Shown here one piece after another: positions 31,491-44,559 of a stretch of DNA of 64,000 nt (its first letter is position 1; each line of letters opens with the position of its first letter). The notes below the pieces were generated by a model. The model was not told the DNA's origin and ran no database searches. It was given only the letters and a program-made list of their open reading frames with translations. The position numbers and the translations under genes are program-made. Source of the stretch: Camelus ferus (Eukaryota); NCBI RefSeq assembly GCF_009834535.1, contig NC_045697.1:70062001-70126000 (forward strand), read 5' to 3'.

Positions 31491-31683
31491 GCGGTAGGGT
31501 ATAGCTCAGTGGTAGAGTGTGTGCTTAGCACGAATGAGGTCCTGGGTCTTGGGTCCAATCCCCAGTACTTCCATTAAATAAATACATAAACAAACAAACA
31601 AACAAACCTAATTACCTGCACCCCCCCCCCAAAAAAAAACCCCAGCAAAACAAAACAAACCAATTTAAAATTAAATTTAAAAA
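31491..31683 (+). mobile_element. Vic-1-like tRNA-derived SINE inserted into a MIR (MIR about 31320-31760, minus strand)
   Basis: Head gggtatagctcagtggtagagtgtgtgcttagcacg. Perfect TSD AAGAAGTTATGGAG at 31477-31490 and 31684-31697. Confidence 0.92.
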
Positions 31684-32389
31684 AAGAAGTTATGGAGCAG
31701 AATTCACACCCAAGACATCTGGCTCCAGAGCTTGACCTGCAACTGCTGTGCTGCAGAGCCTGGCTGACCTCCACGCTCGGACTCTCTGCGGCACTAGATG
31801 CTCGATTAGATAGAACAACACATCCGAGGCAACTTTGTCTGCTGACTACAAATAAACCATAAAACCATTTCTTGGTTTTGTTTTGTTTTATATCATCAAT
31901 CTGTGTACACATTATGTATATTCACGGATTAAGGAACATGAGCCTATAAATAAAAGAAAGTAAAACATAATTGGCTCCTTCAGGCAAGCAGAATATTTTC
32001 ATTGCCCCATTTCAATTTTGGGTTGACTTTTGCCTTGGACAAGAAACCTGGAACACTGCCTCCAGCACCATGGGCCATGCACACTCCATAGCTGAACAGA
32101 ACACAGAGTTTCTGCCCATCAAGGCAATTATAGTCTAAGAAAGACTTTTTCCAGCACTTTCCATATGGCCCTGTCTGTCATGACAACTCAACAGATTTCA
32201 ACAATTTCTTCCTGCAGTTGGCAAAGTACAAAATTGGAAGGTTAGATGCCCTGGATGTGGGTTAAAGCATGATTGTTCAATGCCTTAAGCTCTGGAAACT
32301 TAACTTCCAGATTCTTGCTTCCTTTAGGGAGCACCACCCTAGCCAAAGCTCCCCAGCAAAGAGAGGTTCATCTGAAAAGAGGTACTCAC

Positions 32390-32725
32390 CTCCAAAATAT
32401 CTGTGTGGCTCCTTTTCTCTCTTCTAAGTGAATGCCAGTGTAGGAAAAAAAAAATTGTAGAAAGGTGTTTTTCAAATAAAGTCAATTTCCAAAAAGTGGC
32501 GTTTAATTCAAACCACAAATTCTGTTTAAAAATCAAATAAGCAGAGAATTTAGAGTAGGACAGACTCTATCAAAAGAGTAAAAAAAAGAAATTCATAAAT
32601 GGAAAAACAATGACCAATTGCAGGGAAAAATAAAAGAATGAGGAACACCAAACTTCTGCCCTCCAGCATTTTCAGAGTTCTGGGTCAGTATGTGTTACTA
32701 TGAAATGCTCTCAATTCTGCTGAGA
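32390..32725 (-). other. C4orf54: Candidate non-coding first exon of C4orf54 (3' edge well defined, start approximate)
   Basis: Consensus donor GAG|GTGAGT at 32390/32389. A TATA-like AATAAAAG lies on the minus strand near 32756-32763, with a motif cluster upstream. Confidence 0.5.
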
Positions 32726-32749
32726 TCATTTTTGGTCATTCATTAGCCA

Positions 32750-33110
32750 CAGAGCCTTTTATTCCTGAATATGACTACAGTCATCTATTTTTTTTTTTTA
32801 AAGATGAACTCAGGGATTGCCTACCTGATCTCAGCTCTTGAGCAACTGAAGTGACTAATAACACCAGTATTTACCCACGTTAAGCAAGCATACTTGCTAG
32901 ACCAGGCAAGGTATACTCAGTTGATAACTTTATATGGAAATTCAAAGAGCAACAAAGGAAATGACTCAGCATCATTATTTTTATCTCTGCAGAGAAAGTT
33001 TCTTAGCATTCCCCGAAAGTCTCGTGAGATGTGTCATAGTATAGAAAACTTTAACATGATTAAAGAATTAAGAATGAAGGGCAGGCCATCCACCAGCTGG
33101 TGAGTAGGTG
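32750..33110 (-). promoter_or_regulatory. Candidate C4orf54 promoter
   Basis: GATA sites (32922-32927, 32981-32986), CArG-like/TATA CTTTATATGG (32928-32937), AP-1/MARE ATGACTCAGCA (32961-32971) and E-box CAGCTG (33094-33099). Confidence 0.45.
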
Positions 33111-33502
33111 TGGTTATATGTCAAGTCTCTGACAGTAGCACAGTATGATCAACAAATATCTCATTCAGAAGGAAGAACAACTTCACGGGTGGAGACTGTG
33201 AGACCCGAAATGAAGAGACGGGTTTAAACTCTAACTCAAACTGGGAATCAGGCAAAGAATTTTTCAAACACAGACATTCTCAGGATTCTCTGAGGTGCAA
33301 TAGGAGAGTTTCTGATCACTTTAAATTTTGCGTAAGACTTTCCATAAACATCTCTCCACCTATTCACACACACTGATGAGAACAAGGCTTTTCTGCTGGC
33401 CGCTGCTTTTAATGCCTAGAGTGTGACCAGCTGTTTCTCCTCCTGGCCCAAGTTGACACAGTAAGAATTACTTACGAAGGAAAGGCATCATGTTGCAGTT
33501 GT

Positions 33503-33504
<2 letters not shown>

Positions 33505-33570
<66 letters not shown>
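33505..33570. repeat. (AAT)22 microsatellite
   Basis: Read directly; 66 nt, uninterrupted. Confidence 0.97.
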
Positions 33571-35899
33571 TTTTGCTGGAAGTGCCAAATAGTGCCTATT
33601 TAGTTGCTGACATAAATGTTTTACATACTTTTAGCTTATTAAGTCCCCTCAAAAACACCATGAGAGGGCAATTATTATTCCTATTTTATGGATAAAAAAT
33701 TGAGATTGAATGAAGACAGGTAAACTGGATTACTCTTCACAACTTGTAAGCACTGGAGCGCTGACGACCTGGCTCCAAGGGACTCAAGCTCACACTTCGT
33801 TGATGACTGAGCTTTCAGTCTGTGAGTGGAAGTCACAGGCTCTTTCCCATTCTGGCCAGTTAGCTGCTCCACAGCCTCCACCAGCTGCCTGCTCACAGGA
33901 GCAGCTGGTCTCCATGGAGTCCAAGGAAACGGAGTGGCAGGATTAGCGTAAAACTATCCCTGTGAATAGAAAACAACATGCACCATGAGGATGAATAGTA
34001 GCATTATCTTCTGGTGCAAAGAAGAGCACGTTATCACTGAATCGTGCCTTGCACATCGTAGATGCAACCTCTTAGCTATGCCCTTAAAACTTGGAAGGAC
34101 AGGAAGGAACAGTTCACCACCAGAAATAAAACTTTCACAGACACCCAAGCCCGCACACAGAGGGCAGAGGTGGTGCAAAGTGTCCTTCACTTTTCCCCTT
34201 GAGTCAGGATGTGTATCAGAGGGTTGCTCCTCTCAGGTGTCCCTTTCTCCCTCTCTCGATGGTCTCCTAAACATTTTGCCCTCCCTTTCTCCAAACCCAC
34301 CCCTCTTCTGACAGAAGTTTCTGTCTCATTCTCTCTTGATGGAGTAGTGGAGTTTTTGGTGTTTCAGATCTTACTGGATAAAGAAAAATGATCTCTTCCA
34401 TCCAGCCTCAAAGTGAAACATGGACAGGGTGAATAAATCTTCCTCTGTGTATTACTGCCCTTTCAAAAAGCCTAACTGGAAATGTTTGTCCATCTTACCT
34501 GAGACGTCCATCTGTTATCCCAGCCTGTAGGAGGCAGGAGCCTGAGAGGCGAGTTGCTAAGGTTGGGAGAGCAGGTCAGGGAAGATGTTTCTTTAGGCCT
34601 TCACAAGTTACTGTAAGTTTTTTTCTGGTTCGTGTTGAAACAAAATTTAAATAATCAGTCAACTCAGCTGCTTGTCTACAGAATAACACAAATATTTATT
34701 TCTGAGACTTTAGAAAGGATTTTTTTTCCCTTTTAATTCTTGATATTGCATTTGGGGGGGCTAAAATCATGTTTCTGTTTTGTGTTACTTTGAAAAATAT
34801 TTCTTCTCCCCACATTTCCGATTTTAGACTGCAGCAATTTCAAACAGGAGCCTTTAGAGATATACTCAGTATTTTATTTTTCAGCATTCCATTTTCTATA
34901 AATTTTTGGAATGATCGTTATGAAAATTGTTTAAATATCTCATCTTCCTTCCTGCAGATTGCACATTCAAATCTGCTCAAAAGTGGAGTACTGAGATGCA
35001 AATTAAGCAACTTTTTAAGAAAACAACCTGACTATTTCCTGTCATACATAAGAAGACCATTAGGGTTTAATAATATATGGACAGGAACGTTTATTGCAGC
35101 CTATCACAATAGCAAAAAGATTGGAAACCATCTAAATATCAACAAGAGCAGGGTGGCTGATTGATTACGATGCATGCACACCACGGCTCACTGTGCGCTC
35201 ATTCATTCTGCAGACACTAAATGAACAAAAACGTATGTTCCAATCTAGAAAGAAATTCCATGAAAAGAAATTATAGAATAAAATGAATCAGTGTGATTCT
35301 ATTTCAAAAACAATAGTAAAACTCAGTAAGTGAACTTAAAGTTGTATCAACAAAATACATAGAAGCGTAACACCAAACTAACATTGTTTTTGTATATATG
35401 GAAGGTAAGACTGAATAGTTAATAAATTTTCCTTTATGAGCCCAGTGTTGTTTGAATGGCTACAACAAACATGTTTTTCTTTTATAATTAAAAAAATAGA
35501 TTTATTTTGGAAAAATTTGATTTCCTCTATGAACGTTCCTTAAGTTAAGCCCATTCAGCTTCAGATGGAAGCAAAGACAACTCATACTGCAGTAGACCGA
35601 AGAGGCTTTTGAGTTCTACTTCCAAATTGTATTAATGTAGGAAGTGAAGTTCAGACAACATAAGTGTCTTGCCCAAGGCCACACAGAGAGGAGGGGATGA
35701 GAACTAGAATCTATTTTCCTGACTCCAAATTCAGTGCTTATTCCCGTGTTGCTCAAACTTTGTCACCAAAGTGACCAGAGGGAATAGGAGACTTAATTGC
35801 ATTCTCAAAAACCTGGGGTATGTTCCCTAGAATGACAGATAATTTTGTGGTGGCATTATGCTTTACCTTAATAACTGATGTCGATTAAATAGCCGCACT

Positions 35900-36230
35900 A
35901 CTGCCACATGCAACAATACAGGTGAATCTTATAAGCAAAATGTTAGGAAAAGAAGCCAACTGCAGAGAGAACATACTAAGTGAATATATTTACATAAAAA
36001 TCTAAAACAGGACAAATGAACCACTGGTGTTGAAAGTCAGGATGGTGGTGACCTCTGGGGGCAGTGTCAGAGAAGAGCCAGTGAGGGCTCTGGAGTGCTG
36101 TAAGTTCCATTTCTCCACCCGAGTGCTGGTTACTTGGACGTGTTTACTTTGTGAAATTATATCAAGCTGGATTCTTATGATTGTTCAGTTTTCTGTACAC
36201 ACGGTATGCAATATGTTCATTAAAAAATTA
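35900..36230 (+). mobile_element. Old L1M 3'UTR fragment
   Basis: acatgcaacaatacaggtgaatcttataagcaaaatgttaggaaaagaagcca...tgaaagtcaggatggtggtgacctctgggg. Confidence 0.7.
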
Positions 36231-37529
36231 CTGTGAGGTTTACAACCGTAATATGCCCATATCTGTTTTCTTATACATCTTTTCAAGTCTTGAAATAAAG
36301 TTGGTAGTTTATAGAAACATGCAGTATGTGTTTTATCACTTCACATTCCACTCGGCGAACTCCAGGGTGTCTCCAGTGGGGCCAGTACCTCTGATGGTGA
36401 TGAGATGCAGGCGTCATGGCCATCTCTGCCTGCAACAATAAGCCAGAATATTGCGTGCCAGTCTACAGAGAGCTTCTGAGCTAGGACACTGGAGTTACAT
36501 TGCTTGTGTTTGAATGACTCCACTTCTCCTAGACTTACAGCAAGTGGTTTAAATTCCCCTTACCTGCCTAGGGTATACGTCAATAGAGCTGTGAGCACTG
36601 AATTAGATAATTCACTTAAAGCCCTTAGCACAGGGCCTGGCCCGTAATAAGCAGGGAAAAAATGTTAATTGTTGCTAACTATTGTTATGCTTTGTGGAAA
36701 TTTTAACCCTTCTCTACCTACAAGTGTATCTCCCATCCCCAGCGCCCTAACAAGGACACCAGACATGGCTTTATATGCAACAAGTGCTCAATGGTTTTAC
36801 ATTGAATTGAATCCAGTGATTCCCCATGGTCTGCAGGAGAAAGTCCAGTTTCCTAGTTTTCATTTAAGGTTGTCCCTCACTTCAGTCCCTACCTATTTTC
36901 CAGCTTCAGTTTCTTCACTGTTCTGTATTAATCCCCTGTCCTGATCACACACATCTAAAACCATTTCCAGGCATGCCCTGCAGTTTTGTATCTCAGAATG
37001 TTTCTTCGCTTATGTCTTGCACTGTCCCCACTTTCTGAAATATCCTTCCTCCTTCTATAATTTAAGCAATCTTTTAAGGCCAAGATTAAATTGATTTCCT
37101 ATGGCAATGCTTCTAATCTTTTTTGATTCACAAAATCCTTCGAGAATATGAAAATTGCAATTTGACAATTCTCCCTCTTAGGAAAAAAATATGTGCATAT
37201 ATGCAAACCATCCACTTCTGGAGGTTTCATAATCCAATCCTGGGCCAGCCCCACATCTGCGGTCCTTAGACTATCATCACCATTACGAAGTGACTCATTC
37301 TCAACGCCCAACAGTCTCTGGATAAATAAATCGGCCCTCCTGCTGACATTTACTTTCACTTTCGTGTGTTATTTTTCTCATACTCAGAATGTAAGGTTTT
37401 TGAGGACAAAGGCTTTGTCTCATACCTCTGCCCACAATGACTATGCAGTATGCCTTGTATGTAGTGAGTCCAAGTACAAATGTGTTGACTAACTGTTCCC
37501 TTATTATCTATAGTCTCCCTTCAAGGTGC

Positions 37530-38580
37530 TCTCATCCTGGCCTATAGTCTCAAACACCTCACACTGGCTGCTGTCCGCCAATAGTATGCCTTCTGCCCAG
37601 ACGTTGCCCCTCAGTTCTGGATTCCTATACCCCATATATGTTTTCATATGGATGTCCAGTAGGGATCACAGAGGTACCATGTCAAGAAGGGAATACATGG
37701 TTTATTCACACTGCCCTCCCCTTTTCCCAATCTTATTTCTAAGTGGCACTTCCATTAATTGAGATCTGGGTCCTCCCTTTTACTCTGCTCATCCTCATCC
37801 CATTCAGTAATATGTCCTCTCAAATCAGTTTCCAAAATACATGCCAAAGCCAACCCCTGTCTCCATCTCCAGAGCTACCACGATGGCCCAAGCCTCATCA
37901 TTCTCACGTGGCCTCCAAACTGCTCTCCCTGCTCCCTCTTGGCCCCTCTGAAGTCCATTCTCCAGCTGCCAGAAAGTTTTAACAATACAAATCAGTGCTG
38001 CCACTCCCTCTCTTAAAACCCTTTGCACTGCGCTTACAACAAGGTCTAAACCACACGTGACCTGGCTCCCACCTGCATCTCCAGGCATGCTTCTTTGGTG
38101 CTCCTCCAGAAGCAAACTCTTCCCTGCCTCAGGCTATCAGTCTCTCTGAAAAACCCTTCTTCCTTTCCCCTGGCTCTTAAATACCCAGCTTCTCCTTATC
38201 CTTCTTATTTTAGCTTAATCTTCATTTCCTCATGAGATCTTCCTTGATCATCATATCTAAAAGAGCTTCAGAATGACCACGTGTCCCATCACTCTGTATA
38301 TTTCACTTCTGTCCTTTCCAGTCCAATTACCTTAACAAAACTGTTGTCTTTATTTCTCACCAGAATATAAAGTCTCTGCAGACAGGGATCATGTCTGACT
38401 GATTGCTTTAACACCAACCAACATCTAGGAAAATATAAGCTCCACAAGCACAGAAATTTTTCCCCCTTCCTTCCTTCTTTCCTTCCTTCCTCCCTCCCTT
38501 TGTTCTCTAATATTGTCCCCAGTGTCTAAAAAAGGCCTACCACATAGTAAGCACACAACAAATCTTTGCTGACCATTGTA
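37530..38580 (+). mobile_element. Degenerate L2 fragments
   Basis: L2-like motifs (cttaaaaccctttgcactg, cagacagggatcatgtctg, cacatagtaagcacacaacaaatctttgctga). Confidence 0.55.
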
Positions 38581-39900
38581 TCCTACTCGTCGTAGGGACT
38601 CAGTAAATGCTACTTTGTCTGCTATCAATAAATAATTAAATCATTACTTTCGGATAACTGGAGAAAACCTAGCAACGTTATTCAGGGAAAATCCTCCTTA
38701 AATGAATAACTAAAAATGACTTATAACTGACGTATCAAAGCACTATGATCTATGGGTATTATTAACACATTGTTTATAAAAGGTTGTATCCCAAGTCCTT
38801 AGAAACGCTTAATACTCAAAAGTTAGTAAACAATCCCCTTGGTATCTTGTTTATCTTAAAAATTTGCATGATAAAAAACTTAAAAATAAAGCAAAGATAA
38901 ACTTCTACATATGTTATCACATAATATAAATTCAGAATGAATAAATCCTAAAATCATGACTGTTGTACATAGTTCAGCTCAACAATTGAGGTAAGTTCAG
39001 AAGTGGCCTCTCTGGAATATGTCAGCACATTTCATTAAACCATCACTGCCTCTAACAAAATCCTCTGCTGTCTGTACACTGGCCCATGACATCATGCAAG
39101 AGCTTCCCGGGTCAAAAGATATCTCTGAATATGGAGACTTTAAAAAGTCAGGGTCATTAATTGAGAATGACTGTCTCCTTTCAGCTCAGAAAGCTGACCA
39201 TTTTCTGCCAGCAGCCCCGGATGATGAAGGGTGCCAGGAGGTGTAACTGCCACTGCTGAGCATCCAGGCTTAGTGGGATTACAAAGGAAGGAGAAATCAG
39301 CCAGATACATTTCAGGCCCGCAGACCCTTCTTGTATTTATAACAACATGTTTTCCTAGTAACAGTTTATTTTGCTGAAAACATTTAATAAAAACTCTCAG
39401 AGCCTCTTAGGGAGAAGATGGTTTCACATTCCCTAGTCAAGCACCTGCCTGACTTTAATGTGCTACTATTTTAGTCACTGGAAACATATACCCCCTTCCA
39501 TAAGACTCAAGTTGGTCTCTGTGTAATTACCATGCTTATAGCCCCTAAGAATAGAAATAGGTGCAGAGGATTTTTCTGGCTAACTCTGGTGAACCATCCC
39601 CTCTCAAGCCCTCAGCAGCTAGGGAAGCAAACTCATGGGAAAGAATACAACTTCTAACTCAATACAACACACCGTTAATATGAGAGCTCACAAAACATTT
39701 TCTCCCTGACTTTGATACATGTTCTCCTAGTTTTGAAAGTTCTTCTCACCTGAGTTTTCTGCCAACTGTCTTAGCGTAACTAAAGCAACCTCTGTACAAT
39801 TATGGATAAGACCTAATAGACTGATGAAAAATAGATTTGGATTAATACTTGGGACCAGGAGGCATCCATCTTTTGGGCCTTCTTGCTCACTGAATGGCCA

Positions 39901-40037
39901 TTTTTTAAATTAATTAATTAATTTCAGGAGGAGGTAATTAGGTTTATTTATTTATCTTTTAATGGAGATACTGGGGATTGAGCCCAGAACCTCATGCATG
40001 TTAAGCACATGCTCTACCACTGAGCTATACCTTCCCC
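39901..40037 (-). mobile_element. Vic-1-like tRNA-derived SINE (more diverged copy)
   Basis: The reverse complement begins ggggaaggtatagctcagtggtagagcatgtgcttaacatgcatgaggttctgggctcaatccccagt. Confidence 0.88.
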
Positions 40038-41581
40038 TGTGAAAGCCTGTTTTAATTCACAGTGGTTTGGCTTCTAAGACTACGCTTAAAGTCAAAAGAC
40101 AAGTAAGGTCAAAATTACTCTTGGAAATCTCTTTAATTGCCCATAAATTCTGATTACAGGTTTTTGAACATACAATCTATATAACATAATATGTGAATCA
40201 CATGATTATGTACAATATATAATTTATAAGTTCACGTGCTTATTCAGTATATAATAAAAAACATTCATGCAAAATAACATTTCATAACATTTTATTTTCC
40301 AGGCTCCCACCCCCACAAATTGAGAGGTTGAATTTGTGTAAATCAAATTTACTGGAATTGAAGACTCTTTACTTCAGCAATTGGAGATACCGTTTGGCCT
40401 CTGAATTCTATCCCAAAGCCTTGCTTTCTGCTCTGGGCTTGAAATAAGCCAATTTGGGACCACTTGTGTACCTTAGATATTATTCCCATGGAAAAACTTC
40501 AATGAATATCAACAGCCTAACTTAAACAAAAAAAAGTAGTCACAAGAAACTTGTATTTGGGCCCCAATGACTTGTCTGATTATCTAGAAGGGCAGGCAGT
40601 TTTTCCTTCCCAGCCAGAGCCCTGATCTTTTCAAATTCTTACCTGTTGTTTGCTGCCTTTCTTCTATAAAATGATTCATTCACCAATTGGTTTTTGGTGT
40701 AGTACCTGAGGTTGTTTTTTTTTAAGCCATTAAATGCTCCATTTCTAATACTGTTAGTATGAAATCAATTTTAAAAATTTTGAAATGGCTGAAGTGAATG
40801 CTTCGTGGATGTGGATATTTGTATGTGTGGTGGGAGTGGAGGGTGAGGAGGACTGGATTTCACAATCTCTGAGCAGAGTGGACCTCTCAGAATGGACCTC
40901 CGGACCACATGTATTCCCTTTTGCTGTGCATGGATGTGTTTTCCCCAGTTCTCACTTTGCAGAATTTCACGATTTAAAGTTCGGCTCTCACTGCTACTGG
41001 CAGGAAGAAGACCATGCTGAGGGCTCCATGGAGAGAGTGAGAATTCTCTCTCCGGTGTCTGATGGATGGAAAATGTGAACACTCTTCATGAGACACCAGG
41101 CAACTCTGAAACCTGGGCTAACCATAGCTAGCAGAGTGAGAGTGAGGATTAAAGGAGGTTAAACGTGAACGTGTCAAGCACTTAAAATACTGCCTGGCAT
41201 ACGGGGAGCCCTCCATTGTTGCTGCTATTGCTTCTGTTGCTGGTCTTATGACAACACGCATTCTGGGAATGAGTTTAGATTTTTTGGAACCATCTAGCTA
41301 CGAGTTTTATAACTCACTATTCCAGGACACTCCAAAGATATATAAAAGGCAGGTGGAGTTCATCCTTAACGCTAGATATCCATTGGAAACAAAGATTCAG
41401 TGAAGCCTTTTATCTTGAATAGCCTTTTTTGAGGGGGAAAAAGTATGCTCGTGATTTCCCTGTTGGAGAATGAGTAGAAATCTGGAGGAAGCAAGACTCT
41501 ATATGTTATTTAGTTCAATCTACTTAGTGTAAAACTGATAAAACTGAGAGTAAGAGAGGCACCAAAATAACGGGCACTTAT

Positions 41582-41631
41582 CACTACCAGCAGGTCTACA
41601 CTACCAGCAGGTCTACACTACCAGCAGGTCT
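41582..41631. repeat. 17-nt tandem repeat, three copies
   Basis: cactaccagcaggtcta three times; the last copy is 16 nt. Confidence 0.95.
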
Positions 41632-42339
41632 TCTTCCCTATTTGTCAAATTCCATGGGGAAAGGAAAACTAAAAATCATGTTTAACCACGAGATTAAAAC
41701 ACATCCCAGTCTTTAAAGAGTGTGAACTCTATGTGTCTTTTTAAATCAGTCCTACTATGAAGATTTAACTAAACACTACAAACTGTTTGGCTACTTGGCC
41801 AAAGCTCTAGTTATACATCTTCATAAAGAGCTGAATAGTTGAACAATTTATGCATTTTCATTATCTAGTTAATAACAAGTAATCTACCTGCAAAAGAGTA
41901 ACCAATAGGGATATAAATAATCATCAAAATTAGATTTATTGCTAAGCTTTTGCCTTAATTGACTCAGTAGTTTGTGCTTCTGTCATGAGAATACCTGCAA
42001 CATATTGTAGGTTATGAAAGGGGGAGTGGAGAAGCTGGAAAATAGGTATGTTATAAAATTAAATAAACATTATAGATGTAATTGCACAAGTACAAGAAAT
42101 ACAGGGTGATAACTGAGATCACTGTAATATAGAACTGAAAAGATTCTGTCTTTTACCTTGTAAGGAATTTTCCCGTAAGTTGAAAACAAGATTTTTACCT
42201 TCTCCATCATCCTCATCATCACATCACCATCACCATCATCATTAAAACCATTTAATGAGTAGCTTTTATGAGCCAGCCATGTGCTAAGTGTTCTATATAT
42301 ATTATCTGATTAATCAGTCTTCTGGCTTAGGTTCTTTTT

Positions 42340-42519
42340 TTAACCATGTTTTAAAATTGCAGTATAGTTTATTTACAATGTTGTGTTGATTTCAGGTGTA
42401 CAGCAAGGTGATTCAGTTATACATATACATGTGTATCTATTCTTTTTCAGATTCTTTTCCATTATAGGTTATCATAAGATATTGAATATAGTTCCCTGTG
42501 TTATACGTAGGTCCTTGGG
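42340..42519 (-). mobile_element. Short L1 3' end inserted in a MIR, with 13-bp TSD
   Basis: L1 tail in reverse orientation. TTAGGTTCTTTTT occurs at 42327-42339 and 42520-42532. Confidence 0.85.
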
Positions 42520-42828
42520 TTAGGTTCTTTTTATAATTATGATGCTGACAGGAAAACTGAGGCACATCTTTCCTAAGGTCATACTGCTAATAAAGTGGTA
42601 GTAGGACAGTGATTTAACTAAAATCTGTTAATTCAAAAGCCTAGCTTCTGAGTCACTAAGCTCCACTGTGAAAATCTGGTAAATCTCAAGGTAAAGGGGG
42701 TCAAAGTTCTGGAACTCTGAAAACATGGAAATTAAACTGTATATGAGAGACCAGTTAAGTAAAGTTGATGACTTTGTTAGTGCTCTAGGATTTGAGGGAG
42801 GATCGTAATTTCAAGTTCTGTATGACCT

Positions 42829-43366
42829 TGTATTCATTATCAATTACTGTGTAACATTATGCCACAACTTAAGGGCTTAAAATAACATATGTTTATTATT
42901 CTACACAATTTCTGTGGGTCAGGAATTTGGCAGCTGCTTAGCTGAAGTGTCCTGGCTCAGGATCTCTCATGAGGTTGCAGTGAAGATGTTGGGGAAGGCT
43001 GAATAGATAGGAAGGCTTAGCTGGGGCTGGAGAATCCACTTCCAAGATGGCTTACTCACACACTGGAAATAAAATTCAGTTCCTTACTGGTAGCTGGTAG
43101 GAGGCCTCAGTTCCTGACCATGTGGGCATCTCCATAGGGCTGGCTGAGTGTCTTCCTAACATGGCATTTGACTTCTCCAGAGTGACTGATCCAAGAGTGA
43201 GAAACCAAGACAGAAACCAGGATATCCGTCATGACCTAGCTTTGGAAGTCATATATCGTCACTTCTGCCTCATTCTATCGATCACAACATGGGTGGGAAC
43301 TACACAAGAGTGTAAATTCTAGAAGGTAGAGATCACTGGGGGCCATTTTGGAGGCTGTCTACCACA
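42829..43366 (-). mobile_element. MLT1-type MaLR solo LTR
   Basis: tgtatt...aatttctgtgggtcaggaatttgg...ccacttccaagatggcttactcac...ggccattttggaggctgtctaccaca. Confidence 0.85.
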
Positions 43367-44559
43367 GACACCTTCCAAAAATTTTCCATCATTGTCAACT
43401 TAAGTAAATGATAAATTTTACACACAGTTTCTATTAAGATGCCTAACCTAGTCACTGGGACCATTCTTGGGTATTATTGTTTATTTTCAGGAAACTTTCA
43501 TGAAATATTTGGACTAAAGAACATGGACAGAGAGATCTGGTTTGAATTTTCTCTCTGGATAGAATCCTTTAGCAGTCATTATTCAACAACCTTCCATTCT
43601 TATCCCATCATTCCTTTATTTTTCCAGGAGATTGAGATCCTGGAGTCTAGCACCATCATCATTATTATCGTCTTAGCTTGGTGTTGAATGCAGCTATAAC
43701 AAACATAAGGGCCAACATAAGTCCCCGAGAAATACTCCTTATTGTGTCTCTTTGGATGACAAACATCTATTAGGAATCCACTTGACCTTTTTTCATCTCT
43801 GTGCCCCTAGCATTAGAGCATATTCCAGCATATAGTGATGCAAATAAGATGAATGTTAATGCTGCTCCCAGTGACAAGAACTTAGTGGAAGTTCTTATGT
43901 GGGATGATTTTGGAAGGAGAAAGTTCCAAAACAGCTTCAAAGGAATTCAGAGGAAGACTAGGGATATAGAACTCTCCATGGAAGTCACATGGCCACTAAG
44001 CAAAGCTAGGCCTTGTGGCCAGCTCAAGACATGAAGGGTCCCAGCTTCTTGGAAAGGTAGAGCCAACTACAGCATCCAGGTTGGTGAGTCTGCCTCAGGA
44101 AAAATGAAACGGACTGGGTTGAAGGGAAGAAAGAAATGTCGTATGATCTGTGCACCAAGAAAGCTTTGCCAACACCTAAATCTATGTTAAGCTCTTTGAC
44201 ACTTGTATCTGGTCCCCTCTAAAGCCAGGACAAATCTAGTAGTAATAGGATAGTAATAGTACCATGAGGATATTATCAGAGTAGAAATGGTCAGGGTCAG
44301 AGAGCTGGGAGGGATCTGTATTCGAGGCATCTAGAGGCAACGTGGCTGGGACACGTAGTCATTTATTTAAAGGAGTCATAGTTGTAACCATGGAGATGGA
44401 GCCAAGCACAAAGTCCAAAGCTGATGTGAAGACACACATGAGAAAACAGCCAGGTAGACGGGCAGAAGGATAAGAAGCAAGGCAGAAACAGAAACAGGTT
44501 GGGGAACCTCGTTCTGAAACAGAGACTGCAAATGGCTGACTCCAATCAAGCTTTACATT

